Assembly: GCA_013265495.1 (NCBI GenBank)
Contig: MU058205.1
Coordinates: forward strand, 136,312 to 200,311
DNA from: Vicugna vicugna
Lineage: Eukaryota
Length of the DNA: 64,000 nucleotides
Reading direction: 5' to 3'
Shown: positions 26,077 to 37,559 of the stretch, one piece after another
Layout: each line of letters opens with the position of its first letter
How positions within the stretch are numbered: the stretch's first letter is position 1
Made by a program: the position numbers and the translations under genes
The notes under the pieces: model-generated
What the model was told of the DNA's origin: nothing
The model's input: the letters and a program-made list of their open reading frames with translations, nothing else
The model's database searches: none

Positions 26077-26418
26077 CATTGACCTGAAACAAATAGTTGG
26101 CCAGTTATCTCTTCAGCGAAGGTAGGTTTATTCAAGAATAGCAAAGAGTTGCAGTTCAGGGTCTGCAACCACGGCAAGCCACGTGCAACCCCCACGAGTT
26201 GGGTCGGAAAGGAGACCTTTTATAGAGGGGAAAAGGCAGCTGGGAGGGCGACAGTAAACGAAGAATCCATGGCTTTTCCTTGGCTGACTCTTTTCCAGGA
26301 AAGAAGAGGAAACTTTCTTCTTCATGTTGGACTCGGTGCAGGGCATGAGAGTGCCCCGTTCTGGTCTCCCAACTCTATTTAATTGAGGTTTCTGTTTATT
26401 ATTATTATTATTTTTACA
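26077..26418 (-). repeat. Provirus 5' LTR
   Basis: Adjacent to the PBS; its outer end is followed by the TSD attc. Confidence 0.9.
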
Positions 26419-26479
26419 ATTCCAAATTCGTTTCATGAGCCATACTTGCCCATGCATACTTCTGCTTCTTTTCGATTTT

Positions 26480-26800
26480 ATTTTTCAGCCTGGTGCAAAG
26501 AGCCCCACCCCCACCCCAGTCACTCAGATTGGAAATGCCACAGCTCTGGTCTCCTCTTGCTCAGTCACATCCAACCAGGTGCAAAGTCCTCCACAGCATC
26601 TCAGACAAATGTCTCTCTAAGCCCCGGCCCTGCCTTCACTGGACCCCTCAGGGGCCTCTGTTTCCACCCTTCCACACCTCCTTCTGTGTGACGCATCACA
26701 CACGCTGCTTCCCTGATCAAAACCCCCGCAGAGCAGCCTACTGCCTGAGCATAGCTTCGGAGCTTCCTAGCAGAGTATAGAAAGCTCTCCAGGTTCTGTC
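26480..26800. mobile_element. L2 LINE remnant
   Basis: cacccagtcactcag...cacatccaaccaggtgcaaagtcct...tcagacaaatgtctct is the typical L2 pattern. Confidence 0.5.
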
Positions 26801-26879
26801 TATAAAATACTTTTTCTTTTTTTTTTTGGAGGGGGGTTTGTTTTCTATTTGTAAGACTATTTTGTTCAGATGTGTTTTA

Positions 26880-27034
26880 TTTTTATTTTATTATTTTTTA
26901 AAAGACTTTTTTTTCCCTTCAGAGAGGTAATTAGGTTTACTTATATATTCATTTTAATGGAGGGAATGGGGACTGAACCCAGGACCTCACGCATGCTAGG
27001 CATGCGCTCTACCACTGAGCTATGCCCTCCCCCC
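26880..27034 (-). mobile_element. Vic-1-like SINE
   Basis: ggggactgaacccaggacctcacgcatgctaggcatgcgctctaccactgagctatgccctcccc. Flanking repeat gtgtttta. Confidence 0.9.
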
Positions 27035-29513
27035 AGGAGTGTTTTAAAGTGATCTCAAAAGGGAAGGGGCTCATCTCTCCAGAGGAAATTTATGAATCTA
27101 ATGGGAAAATGCAAAGGTGAGCAAAACATCCTTTCTTGGTAAGTGCCAGCCATTAAAGAGTAATGGCAGTTTCAGGGGATGGAGGATGGGATGAAGAAGT
27201 CGCCACTCCCCTGCTACACTGTCTCAGCGGGGCCTCCACAAGAGAGGTTTGCCTGGGGCCAAAGCCCTTTTCTCTCTTACTAAAGACACGTGACACAAAG
27301 GACCATCAGGAGAGCCAGAAGGCAGCTAATAGGGCACTCAGAGCGAGTGAAAGGCAAATGAGCCGAAACCCTGCACGTATTAATGACTAACAGAGAACAG
27401 CTGAAGATGAGCAAGGCAAGTTCCCATTACTGTCACCATCTATTAATAGCGGGGCCACCGCCTGAGTTTATTATCAGCCAGGTCCTGTGCTACACATGAA
27501 AAGCGCATTATTTGATTCAGTCCTCGCTGCTGGCTGAGGAAGAGGGAGGGCATAGATCTCATTTATCAGAAGGGGAAATTGCTCTGGGTGTGAAGTAATT
27601 CGCTGGGGAGGCTCTCTCTGCGCATCTTCCCTAGTGTGAGGCTGCCTTCCTACAAAGTTGCGAAGGTAGCACTGAGTCGATGGTGAGACAACGCCTTTGT
27701 GGAGGAAAAGGATCTTTTCTCTAATTGCCCCAGAATTTGGGAGGTTGCTCCCAGCTCACGCTGCAGCACCTTGAATTTCCCTCCTTCTCTCCCCCTTTTT
27801 CAACTGTGTCTCCTGGATTCTCCCAGGAATGAGAAAACAGCCTCCTATGGGGCCCTACAATTCTTAAGGGCTTTTCCCTGAGATACACAAAGATGAGGCC
27901 ACCAGCTCTTTGAAATGACCAGGTCACCTCTTGCCTGAACTCTATTACATCTTTTCTAGAGAAGAAGCGCCTTCCTTCTGAGGGTGTGTCAGAGCAGTGG
28001 GGAGGATTTCCACACTCCCTTTACATTTAGATGCTTGACGTGTACGTTGACTGTGAAACCCAGGAGAAGCCCTTACGCATGGCTGTATTAGCTAGATACA
28101 TCCTAGTTTTAACGCGCCTGCACTTCTCTGGAGAAAGCATGTTCTTCTGGTTTTTATATTAGCTAGGTCGAGCTCTGGTTATATTTGGGAAAGCCTGAAC
28201 AGCTGGCTTCTTCTACCAGACCCACTGTTCACCTGAGCTGCGTGAATAAGGGCGAGGGGGCAGATGTGAACGCACTGAGGCAGGATTCGGAGAACAGCTG
28301 CTCAAATCTTACTTACCTGGTGATGCTTACCTGCAGCCCTGTCCCTCGGGGCTAGACCACCAACTGTAATTCTTTTCTCGGCCAATCTACTGTCCTTCAT
28401 AACCACTAATTAGAAGCTCGCTATTCCGTTCTCTCCGGTCACCACAGTCCTTTATACAGCGGATCTCCAGCGAGGGCTCAGCCACGCAGTGAGAAGCAGT
28501 ATGCCTCATTTAGTTGGCAAAATTGGGTTCCTGCGATTTTATTGTTTATGAATATTTTGGAAATAGAACCTGTTTAAATGCAACAGAGGAACTTTCTACT
28601 TCAGAGAACTCTCCTTTGTAAAGCAAAGAACATGCTTGCAATGCTGGAGAGGTGAACTGATCTGTTTTGTAACACGGGCATATCGCATTTTCTTAGCGTG
28701 GTCTGCATGCAGCGAGCAGGGGAGACTTACAGCAATAAGATGGGGTGACACGTGACTCCCAGCTGGCTGGCTCCGCCTTCGTTCCTGCAGTCTGTAGGAG
28801 GAGACCTGTCCTCTGCACCTGCGCGGCAGGTTTGGATGGAAGAGTAAAATTTGCTGTGACATCAAATACACAATTGTGACAGCCCCCTGCTAATTTGAAA
28901 ATTTTCATGTTAGGCTTTCAACCTTTGGGAGGTTCCTTTTCTCCTCTGATACAGGGAACGCTGCTCTTGACTCAATTAATCCAGAGGGGGATTTAAAGAT
29001 GCAACTCCCCCACCAGGGCATCAGCTGTGTGACGACAACTCGAGGTTCCAGGCTCCACAACACTTGACGTGGTAATCACATATTTTCAAGAGATGCTATT
29101 AAACCAAAGTGGGTAAAAACAGCACCATATTTTACAACTCTTTCCTTGTTTTGGTATATTTGGACTTTTCTGCCTTTACCATGAGGGAAGAAGCCACAGT
29201 TCTCAACAGTTGGTATGTGACAGGGAAACAAACCCCACATCTGTGTTTTTAGACCATCCTCCTCACCTCCCGCCTCTTGCCATTCAGACCTGACAACCAG
29301 AGGTGACACTGGAGACTCAGGCATTAGCCTGGGCCCGGTCCACCCACGTGAGAGAGAAGGTTCCTTAAGGAAGAGTGGGTGAGGAGGCCGTGGGATCAGC
29401 CCCGGCCCAACACAGACACACAGACCAACACACACACCAAAACACGCCCACGCCAACCTCAGCGTCCACCCACATCCACACATACCTCTCAACATACACT
29501 CATATGATCCCAG

Positions 29514-30124
29514 TGAGACAGGAGGGCAGGGGGCAGGGCACAACCGTTAAAAGAATGATACAGCAATTAGCACAAAGACGGTGGACGGTTCAACTCCCAG
29601 TAGAACTTGAGCTTCAGTATACACTGATTGTAATATAATCACTGCTCAGTGACACTCCCACAGGCGCCATGACAGTTCCCAGGCTGACCACAGAAGGTCA
29701 AAAGGTGAGTGATAGCCCAGTTCCTGGAAAAACCAGCCCCTTTCCCAGTCATTGGAATAATCCTCCCACTTATTGGCATATGAGGTTACAGAGCCCAGAA
29801 AAACTAGCGACCCCCATACCTCGTGGCTGCGCTCCCTTCTGAGTGAGACAGTTTACACTCTGTCTGTGGAGTGTGTATCTACTTCTACTTTAAACTGAGC
29901 ACCCAACCCCACACCTCGTGGCCTTTCTGAGCTTCTGAGATGGCCTGCTCTCTGTCTGTGGAGCATGTATCTCTGACTACATCTGCCTTCTCTCTCTACC
30001 ATGGCTCAGTCTTGAATTCTTTCCTGAGTGAAGCTAAGGACCCGCACTTGGTGGGGCACGTCCCAGGGACTCAGCTGAGACCTGGGACATGGCCACTCTC
30101 TCACCCTACGTTTTTTCTGTATCA
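29514..30124 (+). mobile_element. ERV1-type solo LTR, family A copy 2
   Basis: tgagaca...tgtatca. Collinear with 20001-20660. Inserted in a CA-rich tract. Confidence 0.85.
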
Positions 30125-30260
30125 CACAGACATACACAGCAACACACGTTCACACACACAGCACCCACCACACACACACACACACACACACAATTTAAGC
30201 ACCGTCAGGTATCCCACTCAGGCAGCCTGGAGTGTGTCTTTGGCTGGGGGTCATAAGTAG

Positions 30261-30593
30261 TGTTAAATTAACTAAACAAGAGGCCATTAGACAGAGGGTC
30301 TCTAGTGCTCTGGCACTTGAACAAGCAAACCAAAATCTAAGCCCGTAAATGCCTCAAGTCTGTGAGATTGAAACCTACGGATGACCAATCGCAAACAGCC
30401 AACTGGGCTTCAGCCATAGCCAATCAGTGGCTTCCTTGCTTTGCTTCCAAACCTTCTCTATGTAAGTCGCTCCCCAGCTCCTCTGGGTGGGGCCTCCTAA
30501 CCACTTCCGGTTGGGCGTCATCTGATTTAAACTGAGTTTTGTTCAAATTAAATTGAATTAAAATTAAAATATGCTTCAGCTTATCTTTTAACA
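30261..30593 (+). mobile_element. ERV1-type solo LTR (MER34/MER4-group-like)
   Basis: tgttaaa...tttaaca inverted termini, two CCAAT boxes (gaccaatc, gccaatca), near-TSD gtag/atag. Confidence 0.8.
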
Positions 30594-30679
30594 ATAGAGA
30601 TGGACTAGATGCAAGTCTAGTCCTGGTGGGCCCAGGCCAACCCTGCTAGATCATCTGCTCAGTCAAGAATGGTTCTGGG

Positions 30680-32340
30680 TCAATGGCCTTCCAATGCTTT
30701 GCTCACGTACTTCCTACATTTTTCTTCCGTAAAATTATGTACTCTTCATACATCTTTGAGTTGCCACCTAAAATGTTTAAATGTCACTTTAAATACCACA
30801 AAGAGGAATTTGCAACATATTTTAAATATTGACATTTTAAAATAAAACTGCTATATCATTCTTTTCAAGGACTCTAGTGAAATTGTAATAATTTGATGGT
30901 AACCAATATTGGTTTTCAGCAATGCGTGACCAAATTACTCTTTGACTACTGGAAATTTCACATGTTCTCTTATTTATTTATTTATTTTAATGGAGGTACT
31001 GGGGATTGAACCCAAGACCTCGTGCACGCTAAGCATGTGCTCTGACCACTGAGCATACCCACCCCCTGACATGTTCCCTTTTCTATTTGAATATCTTTTT
31101 CCATTTTATTCCCCCCATTCCTAATCTAACTCTATTCCTAAAATTCTAATCTAATCACAGAATTATTCTCTTTGGTTGATCATCCAATTTTAGTTCTCTG
31201 CCAAATATACATAAATTGAAATTTAAAGATTTTAATATCCTGGTGACTAGGAAGCTCTATTAAACTTTTTTTCCTCAGGATTGCATTCTCATTACAAATG
31301 ATCAAAACAATTACTTAATATATATTTTTACAAATTTAAATAAAATATAAAATTAAAATTTAATTCAAAATTTTTTTAATGAAAAATTACATCTTCTAAA
31401 ATTGTTCATATAGATACCCAAGGACAATCCCTAACAATCAGTGTTCGTGTGAGACAATGAAGGATGAATTTCATTCCTACTTTTCCTCTTTATACAAGTA
31501 AAGAGTGACAAGCTTTGGTCATAAAAATGTGTGGGAATGACAGGAGTTACAAATTTCCCTCCATTCTTTAAACTCTTTCTGAGTTACATGCCAGTGATTT
31601 GATAATTATTTAACACATCAAAAATGATTTTTAATGATCTTTGAGCATATAGGGTAAGTTCTGTTTCAATTGTGTTGGGAAAAAAAGGAACTGTATGCTC
31701 TGCTCCACCTCCCCACCCCGCAAAAGTGTTAGTCACCCAAGTGTCACAGTCATTCCATTAAATGGTCTTTTAGGCACTGAGGGAGATTACGTACCTTGAA
31801 AACAATGCCCCAAAACAAAACTGTGGAAGGGCAGCTTTGTGTGGGGTGTTGGGCACAGAGAATCCTGGTTTCTCTGCAGACACATTCTCAGGCAGATCAA
31901 TTTTAGGAAAAAGTCCTTATGGAAATTGGATATCTGCATATGGATTCCCTTAAAGTCATTACATGCCCAGGTAGTTCTTGGAAAATCTACCATTTCTTCC
32001 AGGAATATGCGTACTGTAGTTCAAAGGTTGTTCCCATTAGTTTCCCACTTGAAATGGGTGAGGATTAGTCAGAAAAGAAGATCTGAACTCTAAGACTGTT
32101 AATATAGATATTATTTCACATTGACCTGAGGTACTCTTTGAAGCAATACAAATAATGGCTACAATCTATTTAGCATATTTATGGCTTTGCGGCTTCTCTC
32201 TGTATGTGTGCATTTCATATCGAGAAATTTAGTTTTATGTTGAGTGTGAAATGAATTCAGATCCTGGGTTGTCTGATGAACTGGCGGGGGCCTTGAGCCA
32301 GTGAAATGTGCATATTAACTCTGATGTGATTTTAGTTATT
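30680..32340 (-). mobile_element. hAT-Charlie-type DNA transposon fossil
   Basis: Minus-strand 31467-31596 translates (with a frame change) to HWHVTQKEFKE...IPTHFYDQSLSLFTCIKRKSRNEI, similar to the hAT C-terminal dimerisation motif. Outer limits are uncertain. Confidence 0.6.
30972..31066 (-). mobile_element. Vic-1-like SINE
   Basis: ggggattgaacccaagacctcgtgcacgctaagcatgtgctc. TSD acatgttctctt/acatgttccctt. Confidence 0.9.
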
Positions 32341-32349
32341 CCACAGGCT

Positions 32350-32510
32350 AGTGAGGCCTGAGGACATTTGAGTCACACTCACAACAGCCCTGCAAGAAAA
32401 ATGTTATGACATCCATTTTTTAGATAAGAAATAGGAGCTCAGAGAAGTCAATTTACTGGCCCAAGATCACACAGCAAGTAAGTAGTAGAGTTGACATTTG
32501 GACTTTTACC
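32350..32510 (-). mobile_element. MIR SINE
   Basis: ctcacaacagccctgcaag...ccattttttagataagaaa...ctcagagaag...cccaagatcacacagcaagtaagt. Confidence 0.7.
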
Positions 32511-32649
32511 GTCATGGAGGGCACTTATAGGAGATCTTCTGAGTGGATGAGTCTGGGACTTACAATTTGGGAGATGATTTCACCTTGATTTGGCCGCATC
32601 GCCTCCTATTGTAACCTGCAAAGGAAGTCACGACCACGTGAGGGTGTTG

Positions 32650-32959
32650 TGGGGTGCATTTATCTTTCTGAATTAAGGTTCCTTCTGGATATATGCCCAG
32701 GAGTGGGATTGCTGGGTCATATGGTAAGTCTATTTTCAGTCTTTTGAGGAATCTCCATACTGTTTTCCACAGTGGCTGCACCAAACTGCATTCCCAGCAG
32801 CAATGTAGGAGGATTCCCTTTTCTCCACAGCCTCTCCAGCATTTGTCGTTTGTGGATTTTTGAATGATAGCCATTCTGACTGGTGTGAGGTGATACCTCA
32901 TCGTAGTTTTGATTTGCATTTCTCTGATAATTAGCGATATTGAGCATTTTTTCATGTGC
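32650..32959 (-). mobile_element. Isolated L1 ORF2 C-terminal fragment (cysteine-rich domain), open frame
   Basis: [32 protein letters not shown]...[19 protein letters not shown]...[14 protein letters not shown] is the canonical L1 ORF2p C-terminus. Confidence 0.95.
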
Positions 32960-33084
32960 ATGAGAGAGTTCTGAGTTCCAGTTTTATATCCAAGGAAAGA
33001 CAGAGTTGCAAAGCAACAGATCTAAGATCACATGATGACAATCAAATAAGCAATAATTCATTGCTCACTCTTTGGAAGTAGTGA

Positions 33085-33345
33085 CACAGTGACTAAGAAT
33101 AAACACTCTGGAATCATACTGCTTGGGTTCAAACCTCAGAGCCACCACTGACAAGCTCTGTGGCGTTGGATAGAGTACTTAACTTTTCTGTGCCTCACTT
33201 TTTTTTTTAATTTTGAAAAATAAACATAATGATAATGCCTGCTTCATCAGATACTTAATGGAAATTAAACAAAACAGCCCAGGGAGAGTGTTTGAGATAA
33301 CACCTGGCTGGCACATAGAAAGTACTCAATAAACAGGAGCAACTG
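33085..33345 (+). mobile_element. MIR SINE
   Basis: ctgcttgggttcaaacc...cttaacttttctgtgcctcac...tggcacatagaaagtactcaataaa. Confidence 0.75.
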
Positions 33346-33384
33346 TTGGAAAAAAAAAAAAAAAGGAAAGAGTTAGAAAATATT

Positions 33385-34310
33385 TACTTTTTAAGAATTG
33401 TTGTAAAATATACGTATAAAAATTTACCATTTTAATCATCTTTTAGTGTACAACTCAGTGCCGTTAAGCACGTCCACATCACCACCAACCATCTCCAGAA
33501 CTTCTTCATCTTCCCAGACTGAAACTTTATATCCATTACACAAGAGCTGCCCATTCCCTCTCCCCGGACCCCCTGGCAACCAGCATTCTACTTCCCGTCT
33601 CTAGACTGACTCCTCTAGGCACCTCATGTAGGTGCAATCACACAGTGTGTGTCCTTCAGGGGCTGGCTTATTTCACTCAACATAATGTGTTCCGGGCTCA
33701 TTCATGCTGCAGCACGTGTTGGAATTTCTTTCCATTTTAAGGCTGAATAATATTTCATGACCGTTTTTTGTTTATTCATTCCTCCACCAGAGGACACTTG
33801 CAGTGTCTCCACCTCTAGGGTATTGTGAATAATGCTGCTATGAATCCAAGTGTACAGATATCTGTTCAAGACTCTGCTTTGAATTTTTTCAGGTATATAC
33901 TCAGAAATGGAATTGCCGGATCATATGATAATTCCATCTTTAATTCTCTGAGGAGCCATCACACTGTTTTCAACAGTGACTCCAGCATTTTACATTTCTT
34001 CCAACAAAGCACGAATGTACCAATTTCTCCACATCTTTGCCATTAGTTTTTGGGGGGGGGCGGGTTGGGGAGAGGTAATTAGGTTTGTTTGTTTGTTTAT
34101 TTATTCGATGGAGGTACCAGGGATTGAACCCAGTACCTCATGCATGCTACCACTGAGCTATACCCTCCCTGCTTTGCCATTACTTTCTGTGTGGTTTTTT
34201 TTTTTTGGGGGGGTGTGAAGTTGTATCACGTGGTGGTTTTTGATTTGCATCTCCCTAATGGTTAGTGATATTGAGCATCTTTTCATGTACTTATTGGCCA
34301 TTAGTATTTT
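33385..34310 (-). mobile_element. L1MB-type 3' end
   Basis: aaaatttaccattttaatc...ggctggcttatttcactcaacataatg...gtgaataatgctgctatgaa...atttgcatctccctaatg. Confidence 0.85.
34046..34170 (-). mobile_element. Vic-1-like SINE with a small internal deletion, nested in L1MB
   Basis: Perfect 11-bp TSD ctttgccatta (34035-34045 / 34172-34182). Confidence 0.9.
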
Positions 34311-36335
34311 TCTCTGACTTATTGATTGTTTAAGAATGTGTTGTTTAATTTACATTGGGTTATTTGTGAATTTTCTAGTTTGCTTTCTTAATTTCTAACT
34401 TCATCCCATTGTGGTCAGAGAAGATAGATGGTATCTATCTTTTTAAATCTACTGCGACTTAATCTGTGTCCTAACATATGGTCTGTCCTGGAGAAGATCC
34501 CGTGTGCCCTTGACAAGAATGTGCACTCTGTCGTTGTTGAGTAGTGTTCTGTAGATGTCCGTTGGATCTAGTTGGCTTACTGTGTTGTTTATGTCCTCTG
34601 CTCTGTTTCCTTGCTTATCTTCTGTCTGGTTGTCCCCTCATCATTGAGAGTGGGACATTGAAGTCTCTAACTATTATTGTAGTGCTATCTATTTCTCCCT
34701 TCAGTTCTATTCATTTTTCCTTTGTATGTTTTGCTCATCTGTTATTAGGTGTATAAACGTTTATAACTGTTAAATCATCTCAATGTGTTGAACATTTTAT
34801 TAAGCTATAAGGTCCCTCTTTGCCTACTGTAAAGTTGTTTGACTTAAAGTCTATTTTACCTAATATTAGTACAGCCCATTCCTGCTCTCTTTTGTTCCCT
34901 AATTTTTATGGAATACCTTTTTCTCTGCTTTCACTTTCAACCTATTTGCATCTTTGCATCTAAAGTGAGTCTCTTGCAGACAGCATGCAGTTGGGTCATG
35001 GTTTTAAAATCCAGTCTGCCAACCTCTGTCTTTTGATTGGAGATTTAATCTATTCACTTTTAAAGTAATTACTGATAAAGAGTAACTTCTATTATTTTGC
35101 TATTTGCTTTCTGTCTGCCTCAAAGCTATTTCTGTCCCTCATCACTTGCATTTCTGTCTTCTTTTGTGTTTAATGGTTTTTTTTTTTAGTAGTAAAACGT
35201 CTTCATTCCCCTCTCATTTCCTTTTGTGTATATGCTACAGCTGTTTTCTTTATGGCTATCATGGTAATCACATTTAACATCTTACAGTTATAACACTCTA
35301 ATCTGAATTTATACCAGCTTAATTCAATGACATAAGCAAACTCTGCTCCTACACAACTCTGACTCATCTAGTGTCCTTCAGCCTGAAGGACTCCCTTTAT
35401 CATTTCTTTCAGGGCAGATCTAGAGGTAATGAATTTGCTCAGCTTTTATTTAAATTTGGGAATGTTCTAATTTCCCTCTCATTTTTTGAAGGACAGCTTT
35501 GCTGGGTATAGGATGCTTAGTTGGCAATTTGTTTCTTTCAACACTTTGAATGCATCAACTATCTTCTGACCCCCCACGGCTTCTGGTGAGAAACCAGCTG
35601 ATCATATCCTTGGGGAATCTTTGTATGTGACGAGTTGTTTCTCTCTGCTGTCTTCAAAATTCTCTCTTTGTCTTTTGCTTTTGCAAGTTTAATTATAATG
35701 TACACACAGGTGGGTCTCTTTGAGTTTATCTTCCTTGGAGTTTGTTGAGCTTCCTGGATGTTTATATTCATGTCTTTCATTAAATTTGGAAATGTTTTGG
35801 TCATTATTTCTTCAAATAATCTCTCTGCTCCTTCCACTGTCTGTTCTCCGTCTGGGCCCCCACAATGTAAATGTTGATCAGCTCAATGACTTTCTAAAAT
35901 TTCCCTTATATGTTGTTGCTTTTGAACATCCTAGTCCTGAAATGTCTAGCTCCCAAAAGGGAAAAAGAGAAAGATGAAGGGAAAAAAGGGCTCCAGCCCT
36001 TTAATTCCCTTTGAAGTCACTTTGGCCAGATGGGGAGGGGCTTGCAGTAACAGCTGCCCACTTCCACTTCCGGGTCTGACTCTTCACAATCAGAGGTAAC
36101 AATTAGCAATCAGAGCCCAGATTCTTGTCATTTGGAGAACAGGGTCTTTAGTGCCCCATGTAGCTCCCACAAGCTGTGTGTAAGCCACTCCTGGAATGTG
36201 TGCACACCTGCTTGTCACGGGGCTGGAGGTTGGAGGATGGGTCCCTGCTACTGTGCTAAGAGCTGAAATTGACCAAAACTAACCACAATTTACTGTTCAA
36301 GTCTTTCCCCAGGATTTGCAAAACTTCAGTAGTCT
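34311..36335 (-). mobile_element. L1M 5' portion (ORF1 and ORF2 endonuclease remnants)
   Basis: ORF 35559-35837 AERLFEEIMTKTFPNLMKDMNINIQEAQQTPRKINSKR...IIIKLAKAKDKERILKTA is L1 ORF1p. Confidence 0.85.
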
Positions 36336-36337
36336 CT

Positions 36338-37255
36338 TGTTATAGACCGAATTACATTTTCCCAAAATTCACATGTTGAAGCCTGTGAACAAAAAATATT
36401 GCCAGCCATATGAGTAAACAAAGAATGCTGTGGCCATCAAGTCATCAGCCGCTACAGACACTGCCTCCATCCCCACCTGGGAGGTAGCAGAGGGAGCTCA
36501 GAACGCAGACAAGCAGCCTGGCCTCTGCAGCCACCCCTAATTGAGCACCCTGAGGGAACTCGGGATGTGAAAGAACAAGATACTGGCCCTAGAGAGCTAG
36601 GTGCTTATCAAAGGAATGATTTCAACGAGCCCAGACCTTTACACCTTCCAATACACAGAAAAGTGTAAAATTCTTTAACTTGAGATATCTGGTTTTCTTT
36701 AATTAACGGTAAACTTTTGATGTTCTGAGTCCCTGATCTTTGTTGTGAAAATTCACATATCCTGGCTTCTCCCTTGCCACGTTGGAGCATTCCCTCAGAG
36801 AGATCTGAGAGGCTGTCATCCTAGGCTTACGGCCTCAGAAATGTCTGCTGAATAAAACATAATTCTCAGCTTTCAGGTTGTGCATTTTATTTCAGTCGAC
36901 AAGCCCTAACCCTCTTTGTGACTGTCTTTGGAGGTAAGGTCTTAGGGAAGCAACTGAGGTTGGATGAGGTTATAAGGATGTGGCCTTAATCCAGTAGGAT
37001 GAGTGTCTTTATAGGAAGAGAAAGAGACACAAGAATGCTCCCCCTTCCCTCCCTCTCCCTGCACAGAGAAGAGGCCATGTAAGAACACAGCAAGGAGACA
37101 ACCACCTACACGCCAGAAAGAAAATCTCACCAGGTACCAAACCTGATGGCACCTGGATCTAGGGCTTCTAGCCTTATAACCGTGAGAAAATAATTTTCTT
37201 TTGTTTAAGTGACCAAATCTGTGGTGTTCTGTCATGGTGGCCATTAGCTGACACA
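36338..37255 (+). mobile_element. MLT1A/B-like MaLR LTR split by an ERV1 LTR
   Basis: ccccaaaattcacatgttgaagcc|ctaacc continues across the insert. 3' part ggcacctggatctagggcttctagcc...ttgtttaag. Confidence 0.85.
36384..36901 (+). mobile_element. ERV1-type solo LTR (family C)
   Basis: tgtgaac...gtcgaca, aataaa at about 36851, perfect TSD agcc (36380-36383 / 36902-36905). Confidence 0.88.
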
Positions 37256-37263
37256 CACATTAC

Positions 37264-37306
37264 CAGGAAGGAAGGAAGGAGGGAGCGAGGGAAGGAAGGA
37301 AGGAAG
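37264..37306. repeat. (GGAA)n-type purine repeat
   Basis: Direct read. Confidence 0.85.
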
Positions 37307-37559
37307 TTCTGAAACAGTTCCATCAGGCAGATTCTGCCAATGTGACTGTTGTCAAGGTGAGGATACCATCCCCTGGCACTGCTTACCCCACCATCTTCCC
37401 TCTTGCTCCCTACTTGGAAAAGACTTTTCAATGGATCAGAAATATTTCTGTTTGTCTTCAGTGGAAACCACATGCTACCTGGGGCACATCTTTGTGAGTT
37501 TTCTGATTCTGTGCAGTTCGTACCTTTCATTGACTTTGAGCCACTTTGCAACTCTGTGA

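Larger units (their letters stand above)
23051..26418 (-). mobile_element. Internally deleted class I (ERV1) provirus: 5' LTR, PBS, gag, integrase, PPT, 3' LTR
   Basis: Two 342-bp LTRs (26077-26418 and 23051-23392), perfect 4-bp TSD attc (23047-23050 / 26419-26422), PPT (plus strand tttcccccttttgatc 23393-23408), PBS, gag and integrase motifs. Confidence 0.92.

Noticed and set aside
28311..28320. acttacctgg as the U1 snRNA 5' end
   Set aside because: Similarity stops after 10 nt; it is simply the complement of a splice donor.
20001..30124. Family A copies 1 and 2 as LTRs of one 10-kb provirus
   Set aside because: No PBS after copy 1 and no shared TSD. The interior is L1, SINE and unique DNA plus an unrelated provirus in the opposite orientation.
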